This document shows positions 26,651-32,000 of a stretch of DNA of 32,000 nt, piece by piece. The stretch's first letter is position 1. Every line of letters begins with the position of its first letter. The stretch is from Jiangellaceae bacterium (GTDB lineage Bacteria > Actinomycetota > Actinomycetes > Jiangellales > Jiangellaceae): the NCBI GenBank assembly GCA_035697245.1, contig DASSDH010000109.1, positions 11,396-43,395 of the forward strand. The letters are read 5' to 3'. The notes under the pieces were generated by a model. The model was given only the letters and a program-made list of their open reading frames with translations. It had not been told where the DNA came from and did not search any database. The translations under genes were made by a program, and so were the position numbers.

Positions 26651-26797
26651 GCGCGGAGCCTCGGCGCAAGTAGCGGCGAGAATGCCCTGCTGGCGGCCCT
26701 CCATCTGACTGCGTAGGACGGTAGTCGTACCCTGGTGATGGTGCCGTGACCGAGCTTGACCTGTCTTTGACCCAGTCCACACCAACAGAGATCCCCT

Positions 26798-29344
26798 GTG
26801 AGCAACGAACGACGCCGCCCAGCCGGCCGACGCCGGCGAGATGCCGTGCGCTCCGTGCAGACGGCGTCGGCACCTCGGCAGTCGGATTCCACGCCAGCCG
26901 ATGAGCGGCGCAGAGCGGTAGGGACGGATGGCCGGGCCCGCCGTCGCGGATGGCGCAGGATTCTGAGCTGGAAGGCGCTCGGCCTCGGCGCCCTAGCCCT
27001 AGCATTCCTCGGAATCCTCGGCGTCGGAGTTGCCTTCGCAATGACCGACATCCCGGAGGCGAACGACTTCTCGCGTTCCCAGGCGACCATCGTCTACTGG
27101 AACGACGGTAAGACCGAGCTCGGCCGGTTCAGTGCGGAGAATCGAGAGAGCGTCGGCATCGAGGACATCCCTCCGCACGTACAGCAGGCGGTGATCGCCG
27201 CGGAGGACCGCAGTTTCTACGAGAACAGTGGCTTCGATCCGGTTGGCATCGTCCGCGCGGCCTGGTCCAGCGTGCGGGGCGGGGAGATCACTGGCGGCGG
27301 ATCGGGAATCACCCAGCAGTACGTCAAGAACTACTACCTGACCCAAGAACGAACGCTCACCCGGAAGATCCGCGAATTGTTCATAGCAGTCAAGATCGAC
27401 CAGCAGATGGACAAGGACCAGATCCTGCAGGACTACCTCAACACCATCTGGTTCGGCCGCGGCACCTACGGGGTCCAGACGGCAGCAAAGTCGTACTTCG
27501 GCAAGCCGATCAGCGAGCTCACCCTGGAGGAGGGCGCCGCGCTGGCAGCCATTCTCCGTAATCCGGGCAACTACGACCCGACCCTCGGTGAGGAGAACCT
27601 GCAACGCTTCACCGAGCGCTTCCAGTACGTGCTCGATGGCATGGTCGAGAAGGGATGGCTGGACGCGGCGACAGCAGCCGCCGTGGTTCCGCCGACGATC
27701 TTGCCCGAGCAGAAGAACAACACGTTCGGCGGGCCCAACGGGTACTTGCTGCAACAGGTGAAGAAGGAGCTGGTCGCGGCCGGCATCGAGCCGGCGGAGA
27801 TCGAGACGGGCGGACTGCGCGTCGTCACAACTTTCGACGCCAAGGCCCAGGCCGCCGCGATCACCGCCGTCACGGAGGAAGCGCCGACCGAGAACGTCGA
27901 GAACCTGCACATCGGACTGGCGGCCGTGGTTCCGGGCGACGGTGCCGTCGTGGCCATGTACGGCGGTGCGGATGCGGTCAACCAGAGTTTCAACGACGCG
28001 ATCGATGCGACGCCGCAAGCGGGGTCGACGGTCAAGCCGTTCACCCTGACCGCTGCGTTCGAGAACGACATCTCGCTGAAGAGCCGGTTCTGGGGCGACT
28101 CTCCGTTGGACGACCCCAAGCTGGGCAAGCCCGTCAACAACGAAGGGGACACCGACTACGGCCGGTATGTCGACTTGCTGTACGCCACCGAGAACTCCAT
28201 CAACACCGCCTTCGTCGACCTCACGTTGCAACTCGGCCCGGCCAAGGTCATGGACGCGATGGTCCGCGCCGGGATCCCGGACGATGCACCGGGCCTGAAG
28301 CCGGACGGGCGGATCACCCTCGGAACCGCATCCATCAGCTCGGTTCAGATGGCCGACGCGTATGCCACCATCGCCGCACAGGGCAAACAGGTGGACTGGT
28401 ACACGGTGCAGAAGGTCACTGACGTGTCGGGCGCGGTACGCCATGAGGTCGAACCCGAGCCGGAGCAGGTCATCGAGCCTGAGGTCACCGCCGAGGTGAC
28501 ATATGCGATGACGCAAGTCGTCGAGAACGGCACCGGGCGGGCGGCCCGGGAGCTCGGCCGGCCAGCCGCTGGTAAGACCGGGCAGGCGGAGGATCTGGGT
28601 TCCTGGTTCTCCGGGTTCACCCCGCAGCTTGCCGCGTCGGTCGCCTACTTCAAGACCGACTACGCGGCTGAGACGCCGACAATGCTCTCGCTGGACGGCA
28701 CGGGCGGCTTGGACACCTTCGCGGGCGGTCAGTATCCGGCTCGAACCTGGACCGCGTTCATGAGCGCCGCTTTGGACGGCGCAGAGATCATGGACTTCCC
28801 GGAGCGCTCCGAGATCGGCGAGGATCTCAGCCCGACCCCGACCCCGACGCCCACCCCCGAGACGTGCCCGCCGGGCACCGAAGGGACCCCGCCGGACTGC
28901 GAGACGGTCGTCCAAACACCCACCGAAGATCCTGGCCTGGAGGTGCCCTCGGTGCTGGGCCGGCCGCAGCAGCAGGCCGAGCAGATCTTGCAGCATGCCG
29001 GCTTCCAGGTCGCCGTCGAGCAGCAGGAGACCGACCAGGTGCCGGCCGGCCTGGTGATCGACCAGAGTCCCGGCGGGGGGACGGCGCCGCCGGGCTCGAC
29101 CGTCACTATCGTCGTCTCGGTCGAGCCCGTGCAGCAGGACGTCGATGTGCCGAACGTGATCGGCATGCAGGTGAATCAGGCCCGGAGGGCGATGCAGGAC
29201 GCAGGCTTCAAGGTCGCCGTTGAGCAGCAGTCCGACCAGGCTCCGGCCGGCCAGGTCATCGGTCAGGATCCAGGCGGCGGGACGGCGGCGCCGCTGGGGT
29301 CCACTGTGACCATCGTCGTGTCGGCGCCGGATTCACAGCCCTAG
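26798..29344 (+). CDS. Class A penicillin-binding protein (transglycosylase plus transpeptidase) with two C-terminal PASTA domains
   Basis: Arg-rich cytoplasmic tail and one TM segment. GT51 motifs AVIAAEDRSFYENSGFD and GGSGITQQYVKN. Transpeptidase motifs STVKP, SINT and KTGQ. A PTPTPTPTP linker. Two PASTA repeats at 28943-29119 and 29147-29323. Confidence 0.9.
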   Translation: MSNERRRPAGRRRRDAVRSVQTASAPRQSDSTPADERRRAVGTDGRARRRGWRRILSWKALGLGALALAFLGILGVGVAFAMTDIPEANDFSRSQATIVYWNDGKTELGRFSAENRESVGIEDIPPHVQQAVIAAEDRSFYENSGFDPVGIVRAAWSSVRGGEITGGGSGITQQYVKNYYLTQERTLTRKIRELFIAVKIDQQMDKDQILQDYLNTIWFGRGTYGVQTAAKSYFGKPISELTLEEGAALAAILRNPGNYDPTLGEENLQRFTERFQYVLDGMVEKGWLDAATAAAVVPPTILPEQKNNTFGGPNGYLLQQVKKELVAAGIEPAEIETGGLRVVTTFDAKAQAAAITAVTEEAPTENVENLHIGLAAVVPGDGAVVAMYGGADAVNQSFNDAIDATPQAGSTVKPFTLTAAFENDISLKSRFWGDSPLDDPKLGKPVNNEGDTDYGRYVDLLYATENSINTAFVDLTLQLGPAKVMDAMVRAGIPDDAPGLKPDGRITLGTASISSVQMADAYATIAAQGKQVDWYTVQKVTDVSGAVRHEVEPEPEQVIEPEVTAEVTYAMTQVVENGTGRAARELGRPAAGKTGQAEDLGSWFSGFTPQLAASVAYFKTDYAAETPTMLSLDGTGGLDTFAGGQYPARTWTAFMSAALDGAEIMDFPERSEIGEDLSPTPTPTPTPETCPPGTEGTPPDCETVVQTPTEDPGLEVPSVLGRPQQQAEQILQHAGFQVAVEQQETDQVPAGLVIDQSPGGGTAPPGSTVTIVVSVEPVQQDVDVPNVIGMQVNQARRAMQDAGFKVAVEQQSDQAPAGQVIGQDPGGGTAAPLGSTVTIVVSAPDSQP

Positions 29345-29350
29345 CAACCG

Positions 29351-30730
29351 ATGCCTGCCGCGACGGCTAACGTCGCCCCGGTGAACCAGCCGATCGCGCT
29401 GCCGAGCCGCGACGACCCCGTGGTCGCGTCCCTCAGCGAGGCAGTGGGCGGCCCGGTTGGCCGGCGTGCGGCACCGGGTCAAGGCTGGTGGGGACCGGTC
29501 CGGGTGGCCCTCGCAGTTGCCTGCGTGGTCCTTGGGCTGGGTGTCCTCGCCGATGCCGGTTGCCGGTCCGACGGGTGGGATCAACGCGAGGACCGCGCGC
29601 TGTGGACTGGCCTGTGCTACAGCGATGTGGCCTTTCTGTATCGAGAACGCGGGCTGGCCGATGGTCTGGCCTATCGAGACGCGCCGCTGGAGTACCCGGT
29701 GGTCACCGGAGCGGTGATGCAGTTGTCAGCGGCCGTCGCGCGCGTGTTGACAGCCACTGATCCGACCGATTCCGGCGCACAGCTGCTCGCCGAGAGCGTC
29801 CGTTTCTATGACGTCACCGCTGTGCTGATGGGTATCGCCGCACTGGTGGTCGTTGTCGCCACGGCCCGCACCATTAGTCGCCGACCATGGGATGGCATGC
29901 TCGTCGCGGCATCCCCTGTGCTGTTGCTGACAGCGACGATCAACTGGGATCTGTTCGCGGTGGCGCTGACATCCCTGGCGATTCTTGCCTGGACCCGGGA
30001 GCGGCCCGTGCTGGCCGGTCTGCTGGTCGGGCTGGGCGGTGCTGCGAAGCTCTACCCGCTGCTCCTTCTCGGCCCGCTGCTCCTGGTCACTCTGCGGGAG
30101 CCCGATCGTCCACGTGCCATTTCCCGATTTGTCGTCGCGGTCGGGGCCACGATCGTCGCGTGGATCGCAGTCAACCTGCCGGTCTATCTCTGGGCACCCG
30201 ATGGCTGGCGGCAGTTCTTCGTATTCAACGCGGACCGCGGCGCCGACTTCGGGTCTCCGTGGTACGTGCTGGATCAACTCGCACCAGGGCTGCTGCCAGA
30301 TCGGCTGAACCCGTTGCTTGTCGTGTTCGCCGTCGCACTACTGATCCCGATCGTGGTGCTCGCCTTCATCGCTCCACAACCTCCGCGGCTGGCGCAGCTG
30401 GCGTTCCTTGCCGTGGCGGCCTTCTTGCTCGTCAACAAGGTTTGGTCTCCGCAGTACGGGCTATGGCTGCTGCCGTTGGCGGCTCTGGCCCGACCGCGGT
30501 GGCGCGACCTGCTGATCTGGCAGGCGGGTGAGGTGCTGTACTTCGTAGTCGTGTGGTGGCACCTCGCGACCCTCTACGACAGCAGCAATCCGCTGATCGG
30601 TTCTCGCGGCTACGCGATAGCGACGGCCATCCGGATCGGCTGCCTGGGCTGGCTGTGTGCCGTTGTAGTCCGGGACTTGCTGCATCCTCTGCATGACCCG
30701 GTGCGGCCCTATCTGCCTGTGCCATCATGA
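29351..30730 (+). CDS. Polytopic membrane glycosyltransferase, DUF2029/GT87-like (Rv0051-like by position)
   Basis: More than 10 TM segments. The N-terminal loop CYSDVAFLYRERGLADGLAYRD..LEYPVVTG resembles the GT-C first-loop motif of PimE-like enzymes. Follows the PBP gene as Rv0051 follows ponA1. Confidence 0.75.
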   Translation: MPAATANVAPVNQPIALPSRDDPVVASLSEAVGGPVGRRAAPGQGWWGPVRVALAVACVVLGLGVLADAGCRSDGWDQREDRALWTGLCYSDVAFLYRERGLADGLAYRDAPLEYPVVTGAVMQLSAAVARVLTATDPTDSGAQLLAESVRFYDVTAVLMGIAALVVVVATARTISRRPWDGMLVAASPVLLLTATINWDLFAVALTSLAILAWTRERPVLAGLLVGLGGAAKLYPLLLLGPLLLVTLREPDRPRAISRFVVAVGATIVAWIAVNLPVYLWAPDGWRQFFVFNADRGADFGSPWYVLDQLAPGLLPDRLNPLLVVFAVALLIPIVVLAFIAPQPPRLAQLAFLAVAAFLLVNKVWSPQYGLWLLPLAALARPRWRDLLIWQAGEVLYFVVVWWHLATLYDSSNPLIGSRGYAIATAIRIGCLGWLCAVVVRDLLHPLHDPVRPYLPVPS

Positions 30731-31905
30731 TCAACGACGAGGAGATGGCTCTCGCAGGTGCGGCCGACACGCAACCGGCCACGCCGGGTGACCGGCTGCG
30801 GTCGGCACTCCGGGGCATCAACCAGACCGACCGCGACGCGGTGCTGGCCTGGCTGGCCAGCCGGGCGTCTATCTGGGTGGTCGCCGGAGCCGTCGGCTGG
30901 CTGTTCGCCGCCAATGGACTCGTCGTTCCCCTACTCGACCGGTGGCAGCAGTGGGACTTCCATCACTTTTGGGGAATCGCCCTCTACGGGTACGGCGGCG
31001 AACCGACGGGCGTCCCGAACGAGGCGTTCTTTCCCGGCTTGCCGGCGTTACTGGCCCTCGGGGCCGAGCTCGGCATCCGGCACGTGGTCGTCGGACTGCT
31101 GGTGTCGTTTGTCGCGGGCGTTGTGGCCGCCGTGGCCTTGGCCCGGCTCGGCGACCTGGACGGAGGTGTGGGGACCGGTCGCGTCGCGGTGATCATGTGG
31201 GTCTTCGCCCCGGCGGCCATTTTCCTGGCCGCGCCGTACACCGAGTCGTTGTTCCTCGGCCTCGCCTTCCCGGCTTGGCTGTCGGCGCGACGCGGCAGGT
31301 GGATATACGCGGGCCTGCTGGCGGCGGCGGCGTGCACGGTCCGGGTCAGCGGCGCCTTTCTGGCCATCGCCCTCGTCGTGCAGTGGCTTACTTCGTCAGG
31401 CAAGCGCTGGTCCGACCTGCCCTGGCTTGCGGTCCCGGCGCTGCCGCTGGCCGGCTGGATGATCTATCTGCGCTCCACAACAGGTGACTGGCTGGCCTGG
31501 CTACACGCCCAGGCGGAGGAGTGGCACCGCCAATTCACCCCGCCATGGGACACCTTCGCCAACACCTGGGACGCGAGTTTCGGCGGAACGCAGACCCCAG
31601 GATTCGCCTGGATGTTCCGCGCCGAGATCGTCGCCATGGTCATCGGCGTGGCGCTCACCGTCGCACTGCTCGTGTGGCGGCGTTGGGGCGAAGCAACCTG
31701 GATCGGGATACAGGTCGTCGCGTTTGGCACATCGTTCTGGTACTTCTCCGTCCCGCGGGCGACGCTGCTCTGGTGGCCGTTGTGGATCATCCTCGCCGGC
31801 GTCGCGGTTCGGCGGCGTTGGGTGCTGTGGGTCTACCTCACCCTCAGCGTGCCGCTCATGTCGGTGTGGGCGGCTGCGTTCCTTACTGGTCGCTGGGCAG
31901 GCTGA
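30727..31905 (+). CDS. Polytopic membrane GT-C glycosyltransferase, PIG-V/mannosyltransferase-2-like
   Basis: ATGA overlap with the upstream glycosyltransferase. RWQQWDFHHFWGIALYGY...EAFFPGLPALL resembles the PIG-V family pattern (WD..(W/F)Y..IA..GY...AFFPL.P). About 9-10 TM segments. Confidence 0.6.
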   Translation: MINDEEMALAGAADTQPATPGDRLRSALRGINQTDRDAVLAWLASRASIWVVAGAVGWLFAANGLVVPLLDRWQQWDFHHFWGIALYGYGGEPTGVPNEAFFPGLPALLALGAELGIRHVVVGLLVSFVAGVVAAVALARLGDLDGGVGTGRVAVIMWVFAPAAIFLAAPYTESLFLGLAFPAWLSARRGRWIYAGLLAAAACTVRVSGAFLAIALVVQWLTSSGKRWSDLPWLAVPALPLAGWMIYLRSTTGDWLAWLHAQAEEWHRQFTPPWDTFANTWDASFGGTQTPGFAWMFRAEIVAMVIGVALTVALLVWRRWGEATWIGIQVVAFGTSFWYFSVPRATLLWWPLWIILAGVAVRRRWVLWVYLTLSVPLMSVWAAAFLTGRWAG

Positions 31906-32000
31906 GAGCCGATTCAGGTGGTTCGGTCGACCGACTTTCTGGAGCGCAGTGATGGCCCAGATGGGCTGGGACATCAAGGGTGGGGTTGCGGTCGAAAAAG

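Noticed and set aside
26771-26781. CAGTCCACAC upstream of the PBP gene, identical to the DnaA-box-like 10-mer at 1229-1238, plus other TCCACA hits in coding DNA (2467, 7991, 11110, 25650)
   Set aside because: These are isolated occurrences far from dnaA. A 6-bp core is expected several times by chance in 32 kb.
1760-26785. Over-extended 5' ends in the ORF track (rnpA 1760, jag 3281, parA 4511, GNAT 7829, cwlM 9060, nudix 17867, cvnB 21857, cvnA 24649, ino1 25949, padR 26785)
   Set aside because: The longest-ORF starts run into upstream genes or intergenic regulatory DNA. Internal starts with a Shine-Dalgarno, 4-nt coupling or homology-consistent N-termini were preferred. The exact starts remain predictions.
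26999-28996. 665-aa minus-strand ORF antisense to the PBP gene
   Set aside because: Antisense artefact. The plus frame contains the GT51 and transpeptidase SxxK/SxN/KTG motifs.
1-32000. Search for mobile elements, CRISPR arrays, tRNA/rRNA genes, toxin-antitoxin pairs and defence-system hallmarks
   Set aside because: I saw no transposase, integrase or recombinase-like ORFs, no terminal inverted repeats flanking the conservon-MFS block, no regularly spaced repeats, and no cloverleaf-like or rRNA-like segments. Absence is judged by eye only. tRNAscan-SE, Infernal/Rfam, ISEScan and DefenseFinder would be the decisive checks.

Overview
This is a high-GC actinobacterial chromosome segment covering the conserved block next to the replication origin. 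I support 30 protein-coding genes. There are no rRNA or tRNA genes, CRISPR arrays, transposases or integrases.

Gene order:
- dnaA (minus strand, truncated at the window start, absent from the ORF track) is divergent from rpmH-rnpA-yidD-yidC-jag-rsmG-parA-parB (plus).
- A minus-strand block is convergent with these: GNAT, cwlM, trxA, trxB, ZAS anti-sigma, ECF sigma (sigM-like), a MviN-type pseudokinase, murJ, a large secreted protein of unknown function, and a NUDIX hydrolase.
- cca/pcnA follows on the plus strand.
- The next minus-strand block is an MFS transporter, the conservon cvnD-cvnC-cvnB-cvnA, and ino1 with a PadR regulator.
- The final plus-strand block is a class A PBP with two PASTA domains and two polytopic GT-C glycosyltransferases.

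Apart from the MFS gene, the conservon and possibly the last glycosyltransferase, the genes match the M. tuberculosis loci Rv3907c-Rv3924c, Rv0001 and Rv0046c-Rv0051 from memory. The only accessory-looking cargo is the MFS gene plus the four-gene conservon (19095-24616). The conservon is a known family whose mechanism is poorly understood.

Non-coding signals I could read directly:
- a DnaA-box cluster upstream of dnaA
- two parS sites, one a perfect 16-bp palindrome over the rsmG start
- an exact GGAAT-N18-GTT (SigR/SigH-type) promoter in front of trxB-trxA
- a 38-bp divergent region with -10 elements at leaderless spacing
- a perfect 9+9 inverted repeat and an ACCATATGGT palindrome upstream of padR-ino1
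- a 9-bp direct repeat upstream of cvnA
- five consecutive GTGA start/stop overlaps joining nudix through the anti-sigma gene

Many track ORFs are antisense artefacts of high GC content or are over-extended at the 5' end, so I re-called several starts. I see no convincing evidence for an entirely new system. The best candidates for follow-up are the conservon-MFS module and the murJ / pseudokinase / unknown-protein / ECF-sigma coupled operon.
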